Positions 1 through 9,056 of a stretch of DNA of 64,000 bases are shown piece after piece. The position numbers and the translations under genes are program-made. The notes under the pieces were generated by a model, which did no database searches, was not told the DNA's origin, and was given only the letters and a program-made list of their open reading frames with translations. The stretch comes from a virus. The stretch is from IMG/VR virus record IMGVR_UViG_3300044678_002654, positions 1-64,000 of that record, one strand, 5' to 3'. Numbering within the stretch: the first letter of the stretch is position 1; each line of letters opens with the position of its first letter.

Positions 1-1
1 C

Positions 2-283
2 GACGGGTACGAGGTCGAGGACGTCGAGCCTGAGACGCTGCTCGCCATGAAGCGCGAGTGCGCCGACTTTCAGGAAGCCAACGACGAGCTCCTGGAACAG
101 TACTACAACCACCACACCCGAGAGTACGCGGGTCATGACTTCTTCCTGACCCGAAATGGTCACGGCGCCGGCTTCTGGGATCGTGGCCTCGGCGATGTGG
201 GGAAGGAGCTCAGTGACGCGGCCCGCGTCTACGGCGACTACGACCTCTACGTCGATGACGACGGCAAGGTGAGGGCCGGCTGA
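2..283 (+). CDS. conserved phage hypothetical protein (5' partial)
   Basis: Frame is open from the window edge. Carries the motif AGHDFFLTRNGHGAGFWDRG, typical of a phage hypothetical family. Confidence 0.7.
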   Translation, partial: DGYEVEDVEPETLLAMKRECADFQEANDELLEQYYNHHTREYAGHDFFLTRNGHGAGFWDRGLGDVGKELSDAARVYGDYDLYVDDDGKVRAG

Positions 284-293
284 TTTTCACGGA

Positions 294-476
294 GTGAACA
301 TGGAAGAACCTCAGTACGACAAGGCCCTCGTAGAGGCAGGGCGCATGTCGTTCGCGATCGATCGCATCAGCGCCGCGCTACAGGCTGGTGACCCGAGGGC
401 GTTCGGGGCTGCGTGTGAGAATCTGCTGCACGCGAAGATCAAGTACGACCAGGAGATGCTGAAGAAGGCTCGCTGA
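294..476 (+). CDS. small hypothetical protein
   Basis: 60-aa ORF (alternative ATG at 300) whose stop abuts the convergent terminase stop. Confidence 0.55.
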   Translation: MNMEEPQYDKALVEAGRMSFAIDRISAALQAGDPRAFGAACENLLHAKIKYDQEMLKKAR

Positions 477-2135
477 TCACCCGGCCGTCAGGTCCCAGTC
501 ACCCGTCGCCATTTTGAGGGCGATGTCGGCGTAGTTCAGCGCGTGCAGGAAGTCATCGGGCTTGGTCGGAGCATGGCGCCAGCGCTTGGTGTCCTTGTTC
601 GGCCCGGTGAGCTCCTCGTACTCGTTGAGGATGTCCTCGAATGGCTGCGCGATCTCCGCGATGTTGTCCGTCTTGAGGTCACGAGGGAACTGGAAGTCGT
701 GGTTGTGCCCGAGGCTCATCATCACGCGGTCGATGGATCGCGTGCGGTTGAGATTCCAGAGCCCGGTCTTCTGGTTGTATTCGACGTACTTGTCGCTATC
801 GACGTACTTGACCTTGAAGATGCGCCGCGCGGAGCCGAACTTCTTGCGGAGCATGTCGGTTGGCATGTTGCCGCCGCCCTCGTCACCGCAGACGTGCGTG
901 CAGTTGGTGTAGAAGCAAAGCGCTGAGTAGATCTCGTTTACTTCGTCGACGGGGTGGGTGCCGGGGAAGATCTTGTAGTAGAGCACACGAGCTTTGCCCA
1001 GCCCCGGCACCCACCCCAAGATGACGAGCACGGTGCGTGAAGTGAGGCCCGACCCACCACCAGACCAATCGATCCCTGCGGCGACCTTGCTGACGCCCTT
1101 CATGTTGGCGGTAGGGTCTGGGCGGAGGGAGATCGCCGGCCCCGTGCACGCTTCACGGAGCTGCTCGATTGTGACGAGGCGCCGGCCCATGGAGTCCGAG
1201 ATGCCAAGGACCTCGTTGCGGAAGATCGAGAGAGGGTGGGGCTTCTTCCCGTTGAGGAGGAGCCAGATCTTCTTCCAACGTTCCAGTGCGCGTTTGTGCC
1301 CGTCCGAGTCAGGAGCCCACGCAGCGGGCACGTCACGCGGCATGATGATGCGCGAGACGTGGAACCCCTTGTACTCAGCCCCGGGGTTCATGTCGATCCA
1401 TTGCCCATTGCGCGGGTTCAGGTACCGACCACAGCCGCTGATCTGACAGATGGGGCCGAACTGCCCCATGGCCTTTTCTGAGCGCACGACGTTGTACTTG
1501 CCGCACGCGTCACACTTGATCACCCACTCCGATTGCGTGGACGCCACCCAGAGGTGCTGGAGTCCGTTCTCCATCGTCTTGGGCGTGCCGCAGTACATCT
1601 CGTACTGCTCATCCATCTCTCGGTAGCACTCCTGGGCCACCGGCTGCACGACGTCGAGGAGCATGTCCTGGACCTCGTCGAACAGCAGTCGGTTGGTCGT
1701 GACGCCGCGCACACGGTCGGCGTTGTCGGAGGCGTAGGAGAAGTAGAGCTTCGCGTGGGTGTGCGCGAACTCACGGGTCAGCACGCGGTTGGACGTGTTC
1801 GCGTCGGTGAAGTACTCCTTGATGATCGGAGAGCCTTCGATGACGGCAGCAACACGGTCGACCGAGAACTTGTGGGTCTGCTCCTGGGTCGGCGCGATGA
1901 AGAACGTCTTGAAGTAGTCGCGCGTGACCGAGTCGATGGTCGCGTACGTCGCGAGCGTCGTTGACTTGCCGATCTGCCGACAGGTCAGGAGTACCGTCTT
2001 GTCGTAGTTCCCGTTGTAGATCGCCTCGAACATCGGGTAGTTGGCGAGCGACAGCGGCTTGCCTTCGATCCGAATGAGGCTCTCCGCGTACTTCGCGCGG
2101 GTCGCGTAGACGGTGTTACCTTGTTGCTTGATCAT
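477..2135 (-). CDS. terL: terminase large subunit (GpA-like)
   Basis: Walker A CRQIGKST, Walker B LLFDEVQD, GTPKT motif, CxxC...CxxxxC zinc site, and a C-terminal RNase H-like nuclease (GIDW...KPDDFLHALNYA). Confidence 0.92.
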   Translation of the reverse strand: MIKQQGNTVYATRAKYAESLIRIEGKPLSLANYPMFEAIYNGNYDKTVLLTCRQIGKSTTLATYATIDSVTRDYFKTFFIAPTQEQTHKFSVDRVAAVIEGSPIIKEYFTDANTSNRVLTREFAHTHAKLYFSYASDNADRVRGVTTNRLLFDEVQDMLLDVVQPVAQECYREMDEQYEMYCGTPKTMENGLQHLWVASTQSEWVIKCDACGKYNVVRSEKAMGQFGPICQISGCGRYLNPRNGQWIDMNPGAEYKGFHVSRIIMPRDVPAAWAPDSDGHKRALERWKKIWLLLNGKKPHPLSIFRNEVLGISDSMGRRLVTIEQLREACTGPAISLRPDPTANMKGVSKVAAGIDWSGGGSGLTSRTVLVILGWVPGLGKARVLYYKIFPGTHPVDEVNEIYSALCFYTNCTHVCGDEGGGNMPTDMLRKKFGSARRIFKVKYVDSDKYVEYNQKTGLWNLNRTRSIDRVMMSLGHNHDFQFPRDLKTDNIAEIAQPFEDILNEYEELTGPNKDTKRWRHAPTKPDDFLHALNYADIALKMATGDWDLTAG

Positions 2136-2799
2136 ACTGAGCGGCTCTCGCGGTCTCGCGGCCTTCGATGTACCTGCGGAGATCCAAGAGCCGTGTGAGC
2201 TGTACGCCCGCAGCGGTTTCGCCAGCGTCGCGCGCTGCTCGGTCCAGGTCTACGAGAGACATCGAAGATGCAGCGTCACGAAGCGCGACAATCTCTGGGT
2301 AGGTCGCCTCGCCATCATCCACGAAGGTCATGCGCTCCATGACGTCGTCGACGAAGGAGAGCTCCTTGGGCGCGACGTGCCAACCGTCGTCGATGAGCAC
2401 GCACGCGACTGCCGGGTCGATCTCGTCAGGGTCAAAGCCGTGGTTCTCCAGATCCACGAGCTTGAGCCCGCTGAGCGCGGAGCATTCGTTGACCGCCCAC
2501 GCAAGCTGTTCCGGTGTCGGGTGTTGTGGGAAACCAGCCTCGACAGGCACGCCGTCGCAGGCGAGTGCGATGGCGAAGAGCACCTCGTAGTTTGAGCACC
2601 ACTCGCGCGTCGTGACCACGGTTTGCGCCGCAAGGAGCTTGCCCATGAGCTCGGTCGTAGGCGTGACACCCCTGCGGCGTAGTTCGATGTGCAGGGTATC
2701 AGGTTCCCAGTCCTGTACCTCAGGCCCGAAGAGGTGGACGAGGGCCTTCCACGCCGCTGATACGGCCGCGTCCGGGTTTCGCAGGACGTCCCGGTCCAT
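2116..2799 (-). CDS. hypothetical protein, terminase-adjacent
   Basis: 227-aa ORF overlapping the terL start, in operon orientation. Confidence 0.7.
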   Translation of the reverse strand: MDRDVLRNPDAAVSAAWKALVHLFGPEVQDWEPDTLHIELRRRGVTPTTELMGKLLAAQTVVTTREWCSNYEVLFAIALACDGVPVEAGFPQHPTPEQLAWAVNECSALSGLKLVDLENHGFDPDEIDPAVACVLIDDGWHVAPKELSFVDDVMERMTFVDDGEATYPEIVALRDAASSMSLVDLDRAARDAGETAAGVQLTRLLDLRRYIEGRETARAAQYDQATR

Positions 2800-2800
2800 G

Positions 2801-3799
2801 TCAGAGCCCTGCGGCGGTCACAGAGCGGGCGAAGGCACGCTTCAGGTCGGCAGGCAGCGTCGCGAGAACCATGGACGCCTGCTTGGCGTCGACGTTGCCT
2901 CCTGGCGCGATGGCGGAGAGGATGTCTGGCCCGAGAGCGTCCGAGTAGAGCGACGCCGGGATGCGGGCGAAGTCATCAGGAGAGAACGCGCGGCCACCCA
3001 TCTCGACCGCTTCGCTCGCGACCTTGGTCGTGTTGTGCACGGTCTGCATCGGGTCGAGGAACTGCTTGTCGTAGGTCTTGTCGAACCCGGCGTCACGATC
3101 CAGCCGCGCGATGGTCGCCGCTACCTTGATGCGCGTCGGCTCGGCGCGGAGAGACGCACCATCGCTCGACACAGCCTCCGCGAGCGAAGCGAACTTGGCG
3201 CGAAGGGCCGGGTCTCGCGTCGCATCGGCGCGCGCACGTAGGTGATCCGAGAGCATGTGCGTGTCACAGGCCGTCTTGCCTGCGAGCTGATAGGACGAAG
3301 GCGTCAACTTCACCGCGTGAAACTCAGCCGCCTTGGCGAGGCGCGCGAACGCTTCGGCGCGCGTCGTCGCAGACAGCTTGGTGATCTGGCCGAGCAGGCG
3401 CATCTCGGCGGTCTTCACCTGTGAAGGCGTCGTGACCGGGTAGAGCCCGGTCTCGGGAAAGATGCACTCCTGTGGGTTGACGCTGGCCACCTTGGTCCTG
3501 GGTGGCGCGCTGATGGCGGGCGGCACTTCGTGCGCGTCGCACGCGTCCGCGATCTTGAGCCGCACACGCTCGGGCACGTCGCTCGCCTCCTTGGCGTAGA
3601 GCGCGGAGAGCGCGGCGTGCTCAGGTGTGTGAACCGGGAAGAGCTGGCGCTCGGGCCACGCGTACGCTCCGGGAGGAAGCGGCGGCGCGGTGTCTTCGAT
3701 CGAGGCTTCCTTGAGGAACTCCGCAGCCTCCGGGTTTTCAACCAGGAGGTGACGAAGGCGCGCGTGCGCCGGATCGTGGAACTGATCGTGCGTGGCCAT
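2801..3799 (-). CDS. putative virion/head-associated protein rich in K-x-A motifs
   Basis: 332 aa with repeated KEAS/KVAS/KTAE/KAAE/KFAS/KVAA. TAGCCT lies 8 nt before the ATG. Confidence 0.7.
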   Translation of the reverse strand: MATHDQFHDPAHARLRHLLVENPEAAEFLKEASIEDTAPPLPPGAYAWPERQLFPVHTPEHAALSALYAKEASDVPERVRLKIADACDAHEVPPAISAPPRTKVASVNPQECIFPETGLYPVTTPSQVKTAEMRLLGQITKLSATTRAEAFARLAKAAEFHAVKLTPSSYQLAGKTACDTHMLSDHLRARADATRDPALRAKFASLAEAVSSDGASLRAEPTRIKVAATIARLDRDAGFDKTYDKQFLDPMQTVHNTTKVASEAVEMGGRAFSPDDFARIPASLYSDALGPDILSAIAPGGNVDAKQASMVLATLPADLKRAFARSVTAAGL

Positions 3800-3810
3800 C
3801 GTACGGAAGG

Positions 3811-4779
3811 CTAGGCTGTCGGGACGAAGGTCGGGCAGACGTCGAGAACACGAGCCAGCGCCGTGTTTTCTGCGCGACGTGCCGTGTCGACACGCATCTG
3901 TGCATCGTTCGCGGTCTGCGAGAGCTCACGGCAGCGTGATTCACAGGCGAGGACCTTCTCTTTTGCGGTCACGAGCTGCGCATTTTTTTGCGCCAGCAGC
4001 GTCTCGTAAGAGATGGCAGACGATCCATTCAGAACGAAGGTCTTGACGTTGGCCGACCCGGTCTCAGTGAGCGTGGTGACGTGGTCTTTGGCCCGTTGAA
4101 GGAAGAGGGTATCGGCGACGAGGAAGTCATACAGGATCCTGTCTGACGCGCAGCCCGTCTCACAGGCGCCGGCCTCCGCCGCCGCGACGTCTCGCGTCGC
4201 CTCCAGCGCAACGCGCGCGTCTCGCGCTGCCTTCCATGCGGCTACGCGTTCAGCCTCGACGCTCCCTGCTGTGACCGGCAGGGAGTAGTCCTGGTAGGGT
4301 GTCGTGAGAAACCCTCCAGTTGCGGTGCGCCATTCTGCGGTGAGGGTCGACAACCGATCGATGAGCTGACGATAAGCAGCGTCTGCGCTTGCGAGCGTGT
4401 CGTAGTAGAGCACGATAGACGACGTGAGGTAGGTCGTACGTCCTTGCCGAACCGCGACTTCACGGTTCGTCGGCGTGGAGAGGAACTCCTCGATGTCGAC
4501 GACACGGGCGAAGGTATCACCGTTGATGGTTGTCACATCGCCAGAGTCGACCTTGACGTACCGAGGCCCGTCGACGATTGCATGCCGAAACTCCAACGGC
4601 TCTGCCACTCGCGCGTAGACGTCTTGCTTCGGGTCGTTGGCGTTGGTCACCGTGACGACGAAGAGCTCCTTGAAAGGGAGGTCTCCCTTGTCGGTGATGA
4701 ACGTTGCGACCTCGAATTTCTGGACACCCCCTGCGAGGGTGACGAGGCGGCGGATCTGTCGCGCGTTGGGGTTGCTCAC
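3811..4779 (-). CDS. hypothetical virion protein with C-terminal coiled coil
   Basis: 322 aa: beta-rich N-terminus, helical Cys-containing C-terminus, in a tightly coupled minus-strand operon. Confidence 0.7.
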   Translation of the reverse strand: MSNPNARQIRRLVTLAGGVQKFEVATFITDKGDLPFKELFVVTVTNANDPKQDVYARVAEPLEFRHAIVDGPRYVKVDSGDVTTINGDTFARVVDIEEFLSTPTNREVAVRQGRTTYLTSSIVLYYDTLASADAAYRQLIDRLSTLTAEWRTATGGFLTTPYQDYSLPVTAGSVEAERVAAWKAARDARVALEATRDVAAAEAGACETGCASDRILYDFLVADTLFLQRAKDHVTTLTETGSANVKTFVLNGSSAISYETLLAQKNAQLVTAKEKVLACESRCRELSQTANDAQMRVDTARRAENTALARVLDVCPTFVPTA

Positions 4780-5135
4780 GGGTACACCGTCACGGCGTTG
4801 TAGCCGAAGTCAGGGGGCTGAGCGGCGTCGTATTGAATACGTGTCGTTGAGAGGCGGCTTTCGATGTGTTCGCCAGCTTCACGCGCCTCAGAGGGCGACT
4901 TGTAGACGAGCCGAACCGATGAGGCACGGTGAAACTCTTGGCCAAGCGCACGCGCGAGCTCAACCGACGGGGGATATGTGAGCAGATCCCGCAGTGAGGC
5001 TACGTGGTCAAACACCTCGCCACGGTACACCAAGAGCTCCGTCGGCATACCTGTGGCGGATACGACTTCAACTTCGACCGCGTAGTCGTCCCCGTCGGAG
5101 GTTTCGGTTCGTCGAACTTCAAGCCTGCTGCTCAT
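4776..5135 (-). CDS. hypothetical protein
   Basis: 119 aa with 4-nt overlaps on both sides. Confidence 0.7.
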   Translation of the reverse strand: MSSRLEVRRTETSDGDDYAVEVEVVSATGMPTELLVYRGEVFDHVASLRDLLTYPPSVELARALGQEFHRASSVRLVYKSPSEAREAGEHIESRLSTTRIQYDAAQPPDFGYNAVTVYP

Positions 5136-6037
5136 GACCCAATGTCCGTGATGACGACGACAGGCCCGCCGCCCGTCGGCAAACCATGAAGAACCGCTTC
5201 GTCTCGCAGAAGCTCAAGCCCTCGCTTTGTGGTGCTGCCGAAGTCCAAAGCGTCTTGGAGGGAAGGCTCCAGCGAACCCCATCGGTTCGTTCGAAACAAC
5301 GGCTCGGCAGGGCGTTCACGCAGTGAAGACCCGCCTGTGCCAGAGATCATCAGCGCAACATCACGGCGTAGCTCCCATGTAAGCCCGTCTCGGCGCTCAG
5401 GGAAATAGCGAAGCTCCCCGCTACCTGCTTCGTCTTGAATTTCCACCCAAGGGAAGCTCCACGTTGCTGAAGGAGCCGCTTCAGGTGAAACGACAGCGAT
5501 AGATGTCACCGCGTTGGTACCGTCGACACTGAGCACTTGGGCGTAGCCGTTGTACCCCGACGTTACCATCCCTTGGAGACGGAACCAGCGCCCCACATCG
5601 TGGCGAGTGAAGGGGTACCCAGCGAGCACTACCTTGCCCCCGGACAGTACGTTGACGCCAACGCCATTGGCGCGTGCTGACACCTGCGCGATGAGGAAGT
5701 CTCTGTCGCTGTACGGAGCAGCAGTTTCAACCCAGTGATCGGTGTCAGCTCCGGTGACACGGAAGATGTCACCAGCCTGTGCGAGGCCGAAGAAGTCGTG
5801 GCCGTTGGCGCTTTTCAGGTCGAGTCGATTCAGCCTGTTCTCGGAGAGCGCAACGAGGTCGTTCATGCTCGCGACACGCTCGAAGAACTCCCGGCCGCCA
5901 ACGTCGCGAACGACGAACGCGGGCTCGAAGATGTCTGGCGACGTCACGTCAGGCGGATCGCGCGCAATGCTCTGCGAGAGCCACCAGCCGTTGCGCCGTG
6001 GGGAGCGTTCTTGACGCAGTCGGATGACATGGGGCAC
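5132..6037 (-). CDS. hypothetical (probable virion) protein
   Basis: 301 aa, beta-rich, GTG start 6 nt after TAGGAT. Confidence 0.7.
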   Translation of the reverse strand: MPHVIRLRQERSPRRNGWWLSQSIARDPPDVTSPDIFEPAFVVRDVGGREFFERVASMNDLVALSENRLNRLDLKSANGHDFFGLAQAGDIFRVTGADTDHWVETAAPYSDRDFLIAQVSARANGVGVNVLSGGKVVLAGYPFTRHDVGRWFRLQGMVTSGYNGYAQVLSVDGTNAVTSIAVVSPEAAPSATWSFPWVEIQDEAGSGELRYFPERRDGLTWELRRDVALMISGTGGSSLRERPAEPLFRTNRWGSLEPSLQDALDFGSTTKRGLELLRDEAVLHGLPTGGGPVVVITDIGS

Positions 6038-6059
6038 GCCCTTATCCTAGAGTCCCTCG
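6038..6059. promoter_or_regulatory. bidirectional leaderless promoter (overlapping -10 hexamers)
   Basis: TAGAGT (+, 6048-6053) is 6 nt before ATG 6060. TAGGAT (-, 6049-6044) is 6 nt before GTG 6037. No Shine-Dalgarno on either side. Confidence 0.6.
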
Positions 6060-6620
6060 ATGAGACGGCGCGCGTTCGTTGGGATTGACTCCTCGCTCCA
6101 GCAGCCAGGGCTTGCGGTGCTGTGGGATAACGGCGAACGCAAGTTCATCGGATCACTTCGTACTGGCTCGTTGAGAGGCGGAGCACGCCTCGCGTCAATC
6201 GAGAAATGGATCGTCGACAACGTCGGCGATGTTCACATCGTCGGGTGCGCAATCGAGGGCCCAAGCCTTGCGAGCACGCACCGCGAGTTTGACCTCGGAG
6301 AAATCTCCGGGGTCTGTAGATGTCTTGCTTCACGTGCTTGGGAGGTAGAGGCGACGATCGTGCCGCCGTCACAGCTCAAGCTCTTCGCGGATGGGAACGG
6401 CCGCGCAGAAGACCTGATTCACGCCGTGAAACGGCACTGGGGTGTTGATGTAGGTACTGACGATAACGCCGCAGACGCATACGCTCTCGCCCGTCTCTCG
6501 CGTGCTCTGGTACACGGACCAGGGCCCCGCCGCTGTGAAGCTGAGGTAGTCCGCGACATCCTGACGCCGAGGGTGAAGACGCCGAAGCTCCGCAAGACCA
6601 CCAACCGTGACAATGTCTGA
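6060..6620 (+). CDS. ruvC: RuvC-like Holliday junction resolvase
   Basis: Acidic catalytic motifs FVGIDSS, AIEGP and DDNAADA, plus PSQLKLFA. Confidence 0.85.
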   Translation: MRRRAFVGIDSSLQQPGLAVLWDNGERKFIGSLRTGSLRGGARLASIEKWIVDNVGDVHIVGCAIEGPSLASTHREFDLGEISGVCRCLASRAWEVEATIVPPSQLKLFADGNGRAEDLIHAVKRHWGVDVGTDDNAADAYALARLSRALVHGPGPRRCEAEVVRDILTPRVKTPKLRKTTNRDNV

Positions 6621-8970
6621 ACACAAAGGATCTCGAATGCCTGATGGTTCTGTGCCCAGCCGGGGCAAGTCGTCGACTGACATCATCCGCTTTCTTCCGC
6701 GCGAACGCTTCCACATGAGTGACGCGTTCATCCGACCGTACATGACACAGGAGCCCGCATGGGGTCCTGTGGGCAAGGTCGTCTACGTCCGCACCTACGC
6801 GCGCGAGCTGCGCGGTGCTGAGCTCGTCGAACACCTGATTCGCGACTTCGGGAAGAGCCCTGCGACGGCTCGTGCTGAGGCGCGCAAGCTCAAGGTCCGA
6901 CGCGAGGAGTTCTGGCAGACTGCGCGCCGCGTCGTGGAGTTCGTCTGGACTGTCTTCAAGCGTGCCGCTCAGGCGAACCACCACGCCTGGGACGAGCGGG
7001 AGGCGCAGGAGAAGTCCGAGGAGATGTACCGCCTCCTCTGGGCGTTCAAGTGGCTCCCCCCCGGTCGCGGCATGCAGTTCGCCGGGACCCCTGTCGTCGA
7101 GAAGAAGGGCGCGGCGGTCCTCAACAACTGCGGGTTCGTCAGCACGGCGACGATCGACGCCGACTTCGCCGACCCCTTCTGCGCCATCATGGACTTCCTC
7201 ATGCTCGGCGTGGGCGTGGGGTCTGACGTACAAGGCGCCGGCAAGGTCGTCATCCACGCGCCCCAGGTGGGTGGGGGCACCTACCGCGTCGAGGACTCAC
7301 GCGAAGGCTGGGTGGACGCCTACCGCACCAAGCTCAACGCCTACGCCGGCAAGTGCCGTATGCCGGACGACTGGGACTTCGACGGCATCCGCCGCGAAGG
7401 CGCCATCCTCAAGACCTTCGGCGGCACGTCGAGCGGCCCTGGGCCTCTCAAGCGCCTGCTTGATGCCGTGGACCGCATCCTCGCCCCGCTCGTGGGGCTT
7501 CCGATCACCAAGACGGCCATCGCAGACATCGTCAACGAGACCGGCGTCTGCGTCGTCGCGGGCAACATCCGGCGCAGCGCAGAGATCCTCCTGGGGGAGT
7601 ACGGGGACGAAGAGTTCGCTGCCCTCAAGGACCCGACCGAGACGCGCCGTCTCAAGGAGAAGATGGCCGAGTTGACGGCTCAGACGCCCGAGGCCGCCAA
7701 GCTCCAGAGGCAGATCGCGAGCTGGAAGAGCGGACAGAAGGGGTTCTCTGCGGCGTCTGAGCGCTTCATCAACCTCCAGAACAAGATCGATCGGGCCAAG
7801 GCGAAGTCCGAGAAGATCATGCGGCGGAACGCAGAGTGGGCGGCGTGTGAGACGGCCTACTGGTCTCATCCACTCTTCACGCATCGATGGGCCTCGAACA
7901 ACACCGTTCTCTGCCGCCCCGCCAATGACTTCACCTCCACCGGGGAGCGCATCGCAGCGAACGGCGAGCCGGGCGTCGGGTTCATGGAGAACATCCGCGC
8001 GTACGGTCGAATGGCGGGCGTGGGGGCAATGTTGCCCCCACGTGAGAGGTGGCTCGATGCGCTGGTGGCGGGTGCGAACCCCTGCATGGAGCAGCCGCTC
8101 GAAGACCGGGAGCTCTGCTGCCTCGGAGAGCTGAACCCCAACGCGCACGAGACGTTGGAGGAGTTTCTCCACACGATCAAGTTCGCGTACATGTACTGCA
8201 AGGCCGTCACCTTGCTCCCTACGAACCACCCGGAGACCAACCGGGTGATGACGCGCAACCGCCGCATCGGGCTCTCGATGATCGGCGTCTTCGAGATGTA
8301 CGAACGGTTCGGGCTCACCGAGTGCATTCGGTGGTGGGACGCGGGCTACAACGAGGTCCGTCGGTGGGACAAGACCTACAGCCAGTGGCTCGGCTGCAAC
8401 GAGTCGATCAAGGTCACGTCCCTCAAGCCGGGCGGGTCGGTCCCTCTCCTCGTCGGCAAGGAGGGCGGCATGAAGGTGCCCTCGGCCGAGTACTACTTCC
8501 GCACGATCCGGGTCGAGCATCGTTCTGCTCTCGCTAAGGAAGCCCGTAGCAAGGGCTACCGTGTCGAGAAGGACCGCTACTCGCCTCGCACCCTGGTGAT
8601 CTACTTCCCCGTCCATGACCCGAACGCGCGTCGCACCGCCAACGACGTCTCGATGTGGGAGCAGCTCGAACTCCTCGCCGCGATCCAGGGGTACTGGAGC
8701 GACAACATGGTGTCGAACACCATCAACTTCAAGGCGCACGAGGCGAAGGACATCCCTCGCGCCATCGCCGCCTTCGCTCACCGCGTCAAGGCGATCTCCT
8801 TCTTGCCCCTCGACGACCACGGGTACCCGCAAGCCCCGTACATCCCGATCTCCAAGGAGGAGTACGAGTACGCTGCCGCGCGGTGTCAGCCGCTCGACCT
8901 CCGCGCTGTCACCCACGAGGTCGACGAGAAGTACTGCACTGGCGAGTCCTGCGAGATCCGACCGAACTGA
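6613..8970 (+). CDS. nrdJ: class II (adenosylcobalamin-dependent) ribonucleotide reductase
   Basis: Motifs YVRTYAR, PPGRG, LNNCGF, VVAGNIRRSA, HRWASNN, NGEPG, catalytic NPCMEQ...LCCLGE, and C-terminal CTGESC. Confidence 0.93.
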   Translation: MSEHKGSRMPDGSVPSRGKSSTDIIRFLPRERFHMSDAFIRPYMTQEPAWGPVGKVVYVRTYARELRGAELVEHLIRDFGKSPATARAEARKLKVRREEFWQTARRVVEFVWTVFKRAAQANHHAWDEREAQEKSEEMYRLLWAFKWLPPGRGMQFAGTPVVEKKGAAVLNNCGFVSTATIDADFADPFCAIMDFLMLGVGVGSDVQGAGKVVIHAPQVGGGTYRVEDSREGWVDAYRTKLNAYAGKCRMPDDWDFDGIRREGAILKTFGGTSSGPGPLKRLLDAVDRILAPLVGLPITKTAIADIVNETGVCVVAGNIRRSAEILLGEYGDEEFAALKDPTETRRLKEKMAELTAQTPEAAKLQRQIASWKSGQKGFSAASERFINLQNKIDRAKAKSEKIMRRNAEWAACETAYWSHPLFTHRWASNNTVLCRPANDFTSTGERIAANGEPGVGFMENIRAYGRMAGVGAMLPPRERWLDALVAGANPCMEQPLEDRELCCLGELNPNAHETLEEFLHTIKFAYMYCKAVTLLPTNHPETNRVMTRNRRIGLSMIGVFEMYERFGLTECIRWWDAGYNEVRRWDKTYSQWLGCNESIKVTSLKPGGSVPLLVGKEGGMKVPSAEYYFRTIRVEHRSALAKEARSKGYRVEKDRYSPRTLVIYFPVHDPNARRTANDVSMWEQLELLAAIQGYWSDNMVSNTINFKAHEAKDIPRAIAAFAHRVKAISFLPLDDHGYPQAPYIPISKEEYEYAAARCQPLDLRAVTHEVDEKYCTGESCEIRPN

Positions 8971-8990
8971 TCTTCACTGCGTGAACAGAC

Positions 8991-9033
8991 AAAGGCCCCG
9001 CCCGGGTGTCATCCCGGGCGGGGCCTTTTGTTT
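8991..9033. terminator. bidirectional intrinsic terminator
   Basis: 16-bp perfect stem AAAGGCCCCGCCCGGG / CCCGGGCGGGGCCTTT with T-rich tail, between convergent genes. Confidence 0.85.
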
Positions 9034-9056
9034 GGCCTACGGATGTACTGTGCCTG

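Noticed and set aside
7633-7878. Possible intein in nrdJ
   Set aside because: No intein splice-junction residues or endonuclease motifs, and too short.
7297-8916. Long antisense ORFs (539 aa opposite nrdJ; likewise opposite the UvrD-like and ParB-like genes and others)
   Set aside because: Shadow ORFs caused by high GC3 codon bias; the opposite strand has clear conserved motifs.
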